DNA of 64,000 bases from Chlorokybus atmophyticus. Lineage: Eukaryota > Plantae > Mesostigma and Chlorokybus algae. The stretch lies in the NCBI GenBank assembly GCA_009103225.1, contig RHPI01003020.1, forward strand, positions 175,446 to 239,445, read 5' to 3'. Positions 1 to 11,374 of this stretch are shown piece after piece. Position numbers and translations under genes: made by a program. Positions within the stretch are counted from its first letter, which is position 1; every line of letters starts with the position of its first letter. The notes below the pieces were generated by a model. It was not told the DNA's origin. It saw nothing but the letters and a program-made list of their open reading frames with translations, and made no database searches.

Positions 1-1312
1 GCTTGTTTGCGCGCTTCATCTTTTCTCCTCTCATCCTCCTGTTGTGCAAGCAGTGTCTCCGGTCTCATCGGCTCCGGTAACCGGCTTGTTGTTCTAAACT
101 CCATCGCCTGCGAACACCAGCAGCATTCAGATAGAAGTCTTTTGCAGGTTTCTTACTGCTGTTTATGCACTGTCAGCAACACAGCCTAACCTGGTCCACA
201 GCACGCGTGAAACTCTGCTTCTTGGTCTTTGTACTTCGAGCCTGAAAGTCCTAAAACACACGAGTTCGAGTAAAAGGCAAGTCCTGAAAAGGTATGCTCA
301 GCAGAGCCTTACCGTTTCCAGACTGGAGATGAACTTGGAAGCTGAGATCCAAGCGCTGCATGAGAAGACCCAGGTATGCATAATAAGCGGGAAAGGCATA
401 CGCAAAGCGAATAAGCATAAAACTCAGCGCATGCCACACCACAAGGACAGGCCTAGGCGTTCAGCTTCTCACAAGTCAAATGTGCCAAAGAACTGGACGA
501 GCACCGCCCCCATTGACGCATTGGCCGGTCGACTGCGCCCAAGCTCGCCTTCTGCCAACTCTTGAGACTTGATCTGCAACGCATCGAGTGCTTGACAATT
601 TCCAACTGCGCTCAAACTTTGAACTGTGAACCATCTCCTTCAACACATGGTACACACACCTGCGCAGGCCACCTGCATGAACACGCAAGAACTGTTCAGT
701 ATCCCTCGAAGTAAACAACAGGTGGTGTAGACATGCGTGCATGCATGTCTACACCACCTGTTGCACACGCACACACACGCGCTCTAGCGCACGAACGCAT
801 GCTTGCACTCACACAGTGTTACCAGCAAAAAGGAGGCAGCTTTGCCCAGATGACGTCGTCTTCGTGAAACCCTGCCGCGACAGACTCAGGTGGCATAGCC
901 CTGTGGCTGTCTTGCGCAGCCTTTCTCTCAGAGTGCGAAGCCCCGTATTCATCCGATTTAGCTGCAAGCATCAAGGCCAAAGGTCACAACCAGACAACTT
1001 ACAAGGACAAGCAAACAGGAAGAAGATTTCGGCGTACTAGCTATTGCGTTGGATTGCCATGTTGTCACATACGACAAGTCACACACGACTAGCTTGCCTG
1101 CTTAAGCTGCAATAGACGGTACTGTCCCATGCAAAGCAACAAACTCAGAGTGAACATGCACATGCATGCGATGTTTCTGCAGGTGGGCAAGGTGAGCCGC
1201 ATGCAGCTAAGCATTCGAGGTTCACAATCAACACTGTACAATACTAGAATCACCATCGGCAAACCGACACACCTGACGTGCTAGGCCCGGCGCCGTTCTG
1301 TGCCATCATCAT
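1..1312 (-). CDS. PWWP-domain chromatin protein; multi-exon, 3' part runs off the window
   Basis: Hand splicing gives MMMAQNGAGPSTS..FHEDDVIWAKLPPFC-WWPAQ-IKSQE..AVLVQFFGTFDF-AWISASKF..DFQARSTKTKKQSFTRAVDQ. This has the W-A-K...W-W-P, V-x-F-F-G and A-W pattern of PWWP domains, and all junctions are GT-AG and in frame. Confidence 0.8.
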
Positions 1313-2376
1313 CAGCCGCGCTTCCGCCGCCGCAGCGGCGGCAGCTAGCCCGTCCAGCGCTACCGCTTCGCCTCACCCCAGCGCACTCAGTGCCAACAAC
1401 ACACAGTCTTGGGGCTAGGCCTCAGCAACCCCACCTAGCAAACCGCCTGCCAAACCCAGCCACAATCCCAACCACAATCCAAGGCAACCCCACCTCCACC
1501 TCCACGTCCACGTCCACCTCCGCCTACCCCGCCGCCGCCAATGCTAAGCTAACAAATTGTCAGTGCCAATGCACAGCATACTGCCTTCCACACAGCCAAC
1601 ACGAGCGCTGCTGATATCCGTCTTTGAAATCCACGCCGCTACCTCGATATCACTCACGTTTCAGCACGGCATATGCTCTCAGAACGTATCATTGGCTGCT
1701 GACATCAGCGTGATTCTGTCAATGATCAGGCAGTTAGGGTTTGGCGGAAGAGCTATCGTAGTGCCTGGCGGCGACGGTGGCGGCGGCCGAGGCGGTGCCC
1801 GTGGCGGCGTAGGCGAGGTCAGCGCGGAGGTTTGTAGTCTTGCGGTTTGTGGTGTAGGGTGATGCCTTGTGTTTGCTGTGTGTGCACGAGAGGTTTGCGG
1901 CGGTGTGTGTGGTGGTGGGTGGTGGATGGTGGTCGGAGCTGCCTAGCATTGCGTGGTTGCAGCTGGGTGCTTATGGCAGACACTTGCATGTGGCTGGTTG
2001 GAGTGGTGTATGCTCTGTCTCCACTCGTTTGGCAAGTAGACTACAGCACATTGCACATCAAGAATGTCGTTCTGTGTCTGTCAAGGTGTTGACAGAGGGT
2101 GGATTGTGTATTTTCGTGTTTGCAGGAAGGCAGGCACAAGGAGTGTTTCCATACACAACCGTTGCACTCAATGCGACGGCACGCATTAACGCCTGCAACA
2201 TTACCCAGAGAAGAGCTGTTGATGTGCGGTTATTGCTGCCTTGTCAACCGGGATCGGGAAGCTCAGCTGGGGCATTCACGGTGTCGCTGTTGTGGGATCT
2301 CTTGCGGTGGTTTGCGTCGCTGTACGCCACCACCTACGGCGAAGACAACCACTGGCCTGCCGAGCACAGCGGCAAG

Positions 2377-3653
2377 ATGAGTATTGTCAGTTTGCGCACC
2401 TTCCGGTGCGCGCACAGCCACCCGCTGGCAGCGTGTGCACCCTCCACATCATCCCTTGCGGCAGCTCCGTCCACTCGTCGGTATGCAAAACACACATGCT
2501 CGTTCATCACTGCTTGCATTGTTGGCTATGGTAGAATGCTTGCGCGTACATGGTCAGAGCAAGAGGAGTCTTCTGGACCGGTCCAGTGCAAGCTTATCCA
2601 GCACTTGATGCTTGTGCATTATGCAGGGACAGACGGCTCACCGAGTCAGCCGACAGTGCTGCCTCTTCATCAGGGCACCGTAGTGATGCTCCAGCGGCAG
2701 ACCCAGAGCCCGGCGTGGACACGGTAACTAAAGAGCGAGTAGATGCGCACAGCCCGCTGTCCCGTGCACTCAGTGACCGATACCCGCGTTCTCAGGTGAG
2801 AACGATACAGCATCCGATCCACTAGCTTGCCCATGCCCACAGCCGCTTCAGGAATGGAAACAGGCACTCGTCACATCGGTTGCGAACTGCATGAGGGGTA
2901 AACATTGCACATTCCACTGCAGGAGTTGAATGTAAACATCTCACCATTGTATCGGATGGCCCTGGGTTCTGGGTTGCCCCTTCCCTCTCCAAAGCTCAGG
3001 CGACGCTCCCTTCTTGCCTTTGCATCGGGACCGTCAAACCCTGACGCCAATAAGATGCAAGTACTCATTGTGCAAATGGGTGTTGGCTACGACCAGCACG
3101 GGTGGGTATTAGTGGTGGATTGTCAGCATGTGTGTCTCGGTTATGCTTGACAGTTGGTAGTTTGCAGACAAGACATAACTTCAGCTGCATGCAAAGCTGT
3201 GCGGGATGCTATACGCTCCAACTCAATCCCAGCATTCAGAAACGGTAGCCAAACAGCTATTTGTCAGCTCTGACATTTCCTACCATGGCTGTGCACACGG
3301 AACAGCATTGACGTCAGTGCTGTTTTCAGGGGCGCTGCCTGGCTTAACAAGTGCGAACATGCGGCTTCGAGTGAAGCTTGGTGTGCCCAGAGTGGCCGCT
3401 GCGAGGCTGGACCTCGAGCAAGTAAAAGCTGTCTTCCCATAGTAAGTTACTGCGTGAATTGCGGATGTCGGCGTTTGTCGTGCACAGCTCTCTGATTATG
3501 TCTTGTCTTCTGTGCAGCGGGGAAGTTGTATCAATAGAAGTTGTAGATGGCGGGCTTGTATGCAACAGTGGTTGCGTTATACAAGAAATGGGTGACACCA
3601 ATGAAGATTGCTATGTAGTGAATGCGGCAGTCGAAGTTGGCTATGTGCGCTGA
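2377..3653 (+). CDS. Lin0512-family protein (plant-type, probably organelle-targeted); start uncertain
   Basis: Spliced C-terminal part reads MQVLIVQMGVGYDQHGQDITSAACKAVRDAIRSNSIPAFRNGALPG..MRLRVKLGVP..LDLEQVKAVFPYGEVVSIEVVDGGLVCNSG..EMGDTNEDCYVVNAAVEVGY, matching the Lin0512 family pattern. The stop is at 3651-3653. The start could be 2377, about 2955, or further upstream. Confidence 0.75.
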
Positions 3654-4566
3654 CTCATGCCGTGTTCAGCGCAATTGTACATATTCCTTGCTATGCAATA
3701 GCCTTGTGTTGCGCGGCTGCTATTACTAGTGCTAAAGAGGGAGATGTAGCTCCTGCAACAGTGATGCCTTCCATTGTCACAACATTGCATCTGCTGATGT
3801 TGATTCACAATCTCAGAATAAGAGTTGCTCATGTTGAGAGTACACTATGTGACCTGTTTATCCTTACTGTACACATACATCTCTCGTACCGTATGAACTA
3901 CATAATACTTATGGCCGGGATGCGCGCACAAATGGATAGGTACCGATATCGCGAACCCTCATGCTCGATGCATGCTTTCGATAGGCGCAAGTTAGATCCC
4001 TAGCCTAATCTGAATGCGTCATGATACAACTCAAATTGTTTGGCAAAAAGTGACGTAGCAGAAGTAGGGTAAGAAAAGCGAAAACTGTCAACTTACCACC
4101 TGTTGCAGTGACGTACGGCACAACTTTTGGCGCTTTGTCCGATACATTATAGTTTGCAATACCGGTAGTTGTGACGGTCGAGGTTGCTCGAACAGATATC
4201 TATAACCATCTCAATCGGGCGTCTCACCCATAATTTAAATGACATGAAGCGGCACGGACACAATGTGAGACAGAGGCATTATGTGACACACAAAATGCCG
4301 CTGCCAGCTGTCATTGATACAGAGAAAACCGCACGGGTTAAATGCATTCTTATTCGTGACGACGACGTGCACCGGTAGCCTACCCAGTGGTAGGCCTACA
4401 ATTGTTTATTTCGAGGGGGGAGCGCAGCGGAAAGGCCAAAACCAAGGCGAAAAGGGACTCTGCTTTGCCATGACTGTCATGCCCTCAGTGTATCATACCG
4501 TATGACAGACACTGTTGAACGCCACTGGCAGGCGCATTAGGGTTTGGGACGGCAGAGGCGGGCGGC

Positions 4567-7204
4567 ATGGCGACGGCGGCGGCAGCTGCGGTGGTGGTGG
4601 GGAGGGGGCGGCTGTCGGGGACGTCGGCGTCAGTGGGGTCTGTGAGGTGCGGAGCTCACCCGCCGGTGTTGGCTCAGCGCAAGCACAGCAGGCAGCGGTT
4701 CGGGAGCAATGTGCCTCCTTCGCCTGCCAGGTTGCATCCTTCAGCGCCTACGTCGTCAGCGCCATGCTCCCCATCCATTTCCTGCTGCGCCGCCGCCGCT
4801 GGCAGCGAACAGTCGCCGACAGACTCCGAGCAGGCTGGCTGGGAGAAGCGCAGGGTGAGGCAGCGCTCAGTTGCATGTCGTGAGCGGAACTGCAAGCTGC
4901 CAGCTGAACTATCCACCTTCGTACAATGCATCTTCGAACAATGCTGCATGTGGTTGCTAGAAGCGTAATGCTTAGCCATATTGATGCCTGCGCCTCAACT
5001 GCCTCCTGCTCACATGCAACATGCATGCCTGCAGCCGTGCATGTTATGGTCAAGCGCTTGTGGTATTACACATTGCCAACATGTTGACCATGGCTAATCA
5101 GTCGACATGCACGCCCCCTATGGCGCTGCATGCATCGTGGTTGTAGTGTTCTCACTGCGGCTGCGCTTTGCCGTGTGGTTCTTATGAGTTGGGATACTCC
5201 TGGTGGAATGCCGCTCACATTGTTGGCCATGCTTTGCTCGTTTCTTGCAGGAGGAATCTGCTGCTGCTGGCGTAGCTGCTCCAGACACCTGGCAGTGGAC
5301 TCTCAACTGGAATGAGATTACACCAGGCATACTTGTTGGTTCGTGCCCTCGCTCAGCAGCAGACGTGGTACGTTAGAGGATATGTGGCCTTGTTCTGTCA
5401 TATTCTTGTCAACACCTGATGTTAATCGTTGTCATATAGGACCGGTTGGTCAACGAAGCTGGCGTACAGGCGATCCTCAACTTGCAATCAGATGCCTGTT
5501 TCGAGGCCTTGCAGGTGTACCATTGAATCACTTGATGCACGCATGCAAGCCATGCATCAAACAGTTCTTGCCCGACAGTTGTGCTACATGCATGGCGGCC
5601 TTGCAACTTGTATATGTTGTCTGTGTAGTTTTGGCAGTGCTGATGTTGGCAAATGCACGGCAGATACCATATCCGGAAATACGGCAGCGAGCTGTTGATC
5701 TTGGCGTGCTGTACACGAGAACCCCTGTCTTCGACTTTGATCACAATGATCAGGCGAAGATGCTTCCCGTAGCTGCACGGCAGTTGAACGTGTTGATGTC
5801 TTTAGGGAAGAAGACGTATGTGCACTGCACGGCTGGCATCAACCGGGCATCCCTAACCGTTGTCGCCTACTTGACATTTGTAAAGGGTATGCGTAGAGCT
5901 GAGGCAGTGGCTATGGTCCGGGAGGCTCGTCCCGTAGCCAATCCTTACATGGATTGCCTGGATGTTGTTCGCAAGCGCATTCTGGAGGGAAGGACAGAAG
6001 AGCTGACGTACATCAGCAAGTCCATCTACGAAGATCGCTGCAAAGGTGCGTTGGCAGTTGTGCCATGTAGGCTTCAGGCTGCTGTTGAGGATTTGAGCCT
6101 ATATGGTGTAGGCATACGGATGGTCATGCTCAGTGCTGCGCTGTTGCTTTGCTTGGTTGTTAGCTTGCATGTCGTGTGACCTCCAGCAGTGACACTCTCT
6201 TTGCAAAGGTCTTGGAGATCAGAGCAGCGCTGCACGAGGTGTCATTGGTTGGCATGTGCATAGCAGGTTGGAACCCCTGTTGCTTGTTCAAGATCGTTAC
6301 TGAGCAACCCGTCTGTTGGCAGGTGGTGTGCATGGTAACATGGAAACGGACTGGCGTGGGGCGCAGGGGAAGCTTATTACACAAACGTTCGAGCGCTTCT
6401 TGGAGGCAGACCTCTATCTGTTGAATGGGTCAACAGAAGTTGCTGTCACTGACTACAAGAAGGCGACTAAGGCACGGAAAGGCAACGGCGTGCCAAATGA
6501 CGTGCACAAGACAGATGCACACAGCACCTTACTCTTGGAGCGAGAACTGGACGCTCTGCGCCATGAGAATCTGCAATTACAGAAAGAGAGGGTAAGCAGT
6601 CAACAAGTCGACAGCTGCGAAGCATTGCACGCATTGCTTCGCTGAGATTTGGTTGAGAGTACTTGAACCCAGAATGGCAGGCAAGCAGCTTTTGTGGTCA
6701 AGTTTGCTACTACTGCTCATATCGTCCAAGTCGCTTAGGGCAGACAACATGATCTTACATCATCAACTACAACTCTGGTCTTTGTTACATCTGCACCGCT
6801 CATACGGCTGGCAAAGAGTTGTAGTGAGCAGCATTGTGCAACTGCCTCGCACTTCTCTGGGTTGATTGACATCGCTGCCGGCTGCAGGACGGTGCTTTGG
6901 CAACTGCGGCCATGGCGCGAGAAGAGGCCTCGCGACGTCTTGGGGCTTCGTCAGCACTTGCCAAGAAGGCAGCGCTTGAGGCTCAGGTATGTGTCAGTTG
7001 GTGCATGTATAGTGAACGTCTCGTCGATGCACTGCAGTGTGCCCCACACTGGACCTGTCCTCTCATGTACTTGCATACCTTCAGGCCCAGCAAGCTGTGG
7101 AGTCTGTCAGGGAAGTGACCAAGCTCATTGAGCAACTAGCAGACTCAATCTCTGAAGATAGAGCTCTGCATGAGTTTGTGAGCACAAGAGACAGTGCTCG
7201 CTAA
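4567..7204 (+). CDS. Dual-specificity phosphatase, laforin/SEX4/LSF2-like, with transit-peptide-like N-terminus and coiled-coil-like C-terminus
   Basis: Ser/Ala/Arg-rich first exon from ATG 4567. Exons encode NWNEITPGILVGSCPRS, AGVQAILNLQSD, FDFD, and the catalytic loop VHCTAGINRAS followed by VAYL..ARPVANP. The last exon ends in TAA at 7202-7204; one small internal exon near 6.6-6.9 kb is unresolved. Confidence 0.8.
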
Positions 7205-8557
7205 ATGGTGAACAGTTTGTGTGAGAGTAGTAGCTCAGGCTGACCCCGTGGCAAACCAATAGGTGTAAATATGCACAGGAACAAGCGGTTACGGTAGCAT
7301 AAGCCCCGTGTGTAGATGCCGATTACAAATATGCTGTCCAGTGGTGATGAGAGTAAGTGGTTATCGCTTGTACTTGTGAGTGTGTAAGCAAAGCCCCAAT
7401 CGCGCATCTGGCACATTGCACAGGTGACACATATGCAAGGGTTGCAATTGTCTATTAAGCTGTGCCACATATTCGCCGACATGCGGGTGCAAACACTCCA
7501 GCAGCCAGTAAATAAACAGTATTAACCTACATACACCAGAGGGTTAATTAGGTGGGGGCCTAATGTAAGGTAAGTGCAAGCAGCGGCAGCAGGGGCATAT
7601 CATCGACCAACGAAACAGCAGCACATGCAGGTTGACGCTGACATTGCCGCTGCCGCTGCAGTGCCGCCATCATGCATGGCTGCTAAGACATCACACGTGA
7701 TTGGCCTTTTTGTATGCCAAATGCCTGGTGCTGCTATTCTGCACAATTGCAGTCTCTGGCTGGAGTGACCCAGTAAGAGAACATGGGAGACAGAAGTAAA
7801 ACATGCCTGCGCATACATTTTGATGTTCAAGATGCTGTTTTGGCGCAAACCAGTACAACTATAGCCAGATCGCCGCCTGCTGGCATGTGCTTAGTAAGGT
7901 AATGTCTGAAGTAACAAGGTGACATTTGCGATGAACCTGTCCTGTCCAAACTCAAGCGGGCCAAGAATTGATCATAAGCCACTAGCAGAGCTGTAGCGGT
8001 CAATGCTGCCTTTGCATGCAGCAAGCCAATCAGCCAATCATCTGTACTGTGCAATCTGTGGCAGCTCTTGTGCGCTGGCTGGCCGTATGTCGGCGTGGCA
8101 AGCTCATACTAAGGGCAGGATCTATGCGGGAAGCAGAATGCCAGGTCGAAGTTGCACTTTGAAGCACCATTCTGGCAATTGATGGCAACAAGCCATCAAC
8201 ACCTGTAGATACTGAGCCGCTACGCTGTCATGATACAACATGAGATGCTCACCGGGATGCGACATGCAACATGCAAAAAAACTGGGTCGCTTAGTGGCTG
8301 TGTACCATGGCCACCGTCCAGAAACGCTGCTTCCATCAGCCATGATGCGTAACTGCAGCCGACATCTACTTGGACCTGTGGTGGGAAAACCTCAGCAAAG
8401 TCAACAGCGTGACACTTGCAAAGGTATCAGTTCACACGTTGTCAACGCATGCCAGCCAAGCGCATATGGCCTGTGTAATACTGGAGACCTTACTGGCAAC
8501 ACACGCAATGCCTTTGTAATGTATGGTAGGTTGAGCTACTGCCACATTAGCGCAAAC

Positions 8558-10950
8558 TTACCCTGCTGAATCGGATGAAGTTCCACTTGAAGAAGAAGGC
8601 GACCTGCCAACAACCACGCTTCACATACAGCCACATCACAAGCTTGCCAATACCTTGGGTGGACGGGTTGTGAGTGAGGATGTATGTATACCTAGACGGG
8701 CTTCTGCGCGTCGGAGATTTCTACAGCAACAAAACAGCTTCAGCATTAGTACATGAGCTAATTTTAGAACCGCTCAACAGCCATGTAAGATGAGTCCTTG
8801 GCAGCTTGCATGCTGTCACTTACAGTGTTGCGAGGTGGACTCCTTGGCGGGGACCTGTTGCCGCGAGGTGGAGGAGACCTGCCTCTGCGCAACAGTTGCA
8901 AGGCTTAAAACCCCATCCATAACTAGTAGCCTTATGCAATTCATATCAACACCACGACTACACCACAACCAACCTCCTGGGTGGCGACCGAGAGCGAGAC
9001 CTTAATGGACGACGAGGAGGAGAGCGGCTGCGCCGCCGAGCAGGTAGAGGTGACCGTGGCCTACATTTGCGACAGGTCATACAGAGGACAGCAGGCAAGC
9101 ATGGCATGCATGTAAGGTGCAGTTCGTTTGACAAATGCTCTGTGCATCAATGCTCTGCAATCTGCGAGCACTCAGACAAACACATAGACAGCTGGCTAAC
9201 CTCGGGCGGTATGGAGGTGAGCGACGGCCACGGTATGGGCTGCGTGGGCGCCTGGGAGGACTTCTGCAACAAAGCAAGTACTGCTTAATGAAAAACAGTA
9301 ACATTCGTATTGTGCCCTGCAGTTACTGCAAGCTACATGAACTCTGTGCATCCTCTGCACCTGCGATCACCACCGCGCATCGGGGAGCGTCGGCGATATG
9401 GCGATGCAGCTCGTCCAGGTGGCCCCCAGTACCCTCCACGTCGCGGCGACGGTGACCGCCTTCGAGGTGGGGGAGACCTTCGACGTGGTGCTGATTGCAG
9501 GTAAACTAGTTAGCGCTCGAGATGCAACAGGACACGCATGCAAGGATATGACCATACAACAGAGAATAGAGAACTCAGATAACATACGGGAGCGACGGTC
9601 AAGACGGCCATCACGTGTATCCCGGCCATTGCGATCACTTCGAGGACCATCCTTCAAGTTATCACGTCCACGTGGAGGAGATAAGGCTGGCTTCTTCTTG
9701 GGAAGCAAAATGAAGTTGCACGTGATAACATTACCATCAATTTGTCCCTGGTAGACATTAACCAGAATGAGCGACGTACCCCAGTTGAGTATGCACACTT
9801 GTACACGTTCGTGCATGCATGCTGGTACGCGCGGGGAAGGGGGAACCNNNNNNNNNNNNNNNNNNNNNNNNNNNNNNNNNNNNNNNNNNNNNNNNNNNNN
9901 NNNNNNNNNNNNNNNNNNNNNNNNNNNNNNNNNNNNNNNNNNNNNNNNNNNNNNNNNNNNNNNNNNNNNGGGGGGAGGGGACAGGCAGGTTGCATTACAG
10001 ACGCACCCCATCCATGTGCTGAAGTGCTTTCTCACTGTCTTCGCGCTTTGAAAATTCCACATAGCAATACCCCTTCGGCAGGTTGACCTACACCAGAGTG
10101 TCATTACGACAGGAATAGAAACAGCAGATACTCAGACATCGCAAACGTAGTTGCACAAGACGACCACATGATCAGGTGCTCACCTGTCTATCAACTGCGA
10201 GGTCCACATGTACTACCTCGCCATAATTTCCTGTTCCAATCCATCGTCGCACATAAGAAGCAGGTGCACGCTTTGAGGGCAACGACACAACGTTAAGCAT
10301 GTGAGCTTACCAAATATCTCTTTGATGTGCTCCTCATTGACATTCCGCGTCAAGTTGCCAACATGTATGGTCGTGCTTTGTGGTGAAGGGCTCTTAGCTT
10401 TTCTGCATGCGAGCGACACGAGTATTGTCACACTGCGGATTTGCCATACCAATCTACTTGTCAGTGGCACTCAGACTAAAACCTACTTGGGAGGCCCCGC
10501 TGCAGGAGCCTTGCCTTTGGGAGATGGAGACCGACCTCGTGCGGACGGCTTGTGTCCCGGACTGTCAAGCGACACTCAGTGTATTGCTTCACCTTGATCA
10601 TGCTTTCCGTATGCAAATGCAAACAGCTACAACTGTACTGCAATGCCGCGCAATGTTTAAAATACGTGTCTATGTTGCATGCATTGCACGAGCGCTCAGC
10701 CCCGCTACTGCGCAGTTGACACCACGTGCACGTGAGATGCATGGCCGCAAGCACAGCCATTGCAGCCATGCATCTCTTGGGTTCATTTGAGCATGCTCTC
10801 AGCTGCCCACCTTCGAGACCTGCTCCTGCTGGGTGACCTGCTGGACGACGTTCCAGTACCGCTTGACGACCTGGACACGGACGACCCGCTGGACGTCGAG
10901 CTGGAGGATATGCTCCGCGACCTGGAGCGGGAATTGGAGCGCCGCGCCAT
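8558..10950 (-). CDS. SR45: SR45/RNPS1-type splicing factor (RS-RRM-RS)
   Basis: N-terminal RS exon (MARRSNSRSRSRS). The spliced RRM reads IHVGNLTRNVNEEHIKEIFGNYGEVVHVDLAVDRQVNLPKGYCYVEFSKREDSEKALQHMDGGQIDGNVITCNF, followed by several RSP-rich exons and TAA at 8558. Confidence 0.92.
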
Positions 10951-11092
10951 CTCAGCCGCAAGCCAGGACAGCGCAGGGACGGCAACCTTGAACCGCCCAA
11001 CCCACCCAGCACCGCCGGCAGCGGCGGCGGCGGCGGCGGCGGCGGCCTCCGCCTCGCCCTCAACCTCCGCCTTTCCCCGCTAAAATGCACGT

Positions 11093-11114
11093 AAACCCTA
11101 AAAACCAAACCCTA
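11093..11114. promoter_or_regulatory. Double telo-box (AAACCCTA) in the SR45/UBA1 divergent promoter
   Basis: AAACCCTA at 11093-11100 and 11107-11114, between the SR45 ATG (10950) and the UBA1 ATG (11375). The same 8-mer recurs near most gene starts in the window. Confidence 0.55.
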
Positions 11115-11374
11115 ACTCACTTGCTTGTGCGATCTGCACAGCTTGTGCACACTGTCTTGTGCGCAGCTGGGTGTTTCAGGCTACTGCTATGCTGCTTGCG
11201 GCGGCAGCGGTGGCGGTGGCGGAGGTCGGCGGTGAGGCATTTCAGGAGGTTGACGTTGTAAAGCATTAGGAGTATATTACAATTCTGTTCTTGGATGAAT
11301 TTGGAAGAACACAAGCATGTAAGTTGCTGTGCATGGACGCAGAGACCGCCGCCAGCGTAGTGGGTAGAGTGTAG

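Noticed and set aside
9490-9512. In-frame alternative 3' splice site (15 nt) in SR45, at a position analogous to Arabidopsis SR45.1/SR45.2
   Set aside because: The upstream AG lies directly after the likely branch point (CTAAC-TAG), too close to be used, and there is no transcript evidence.
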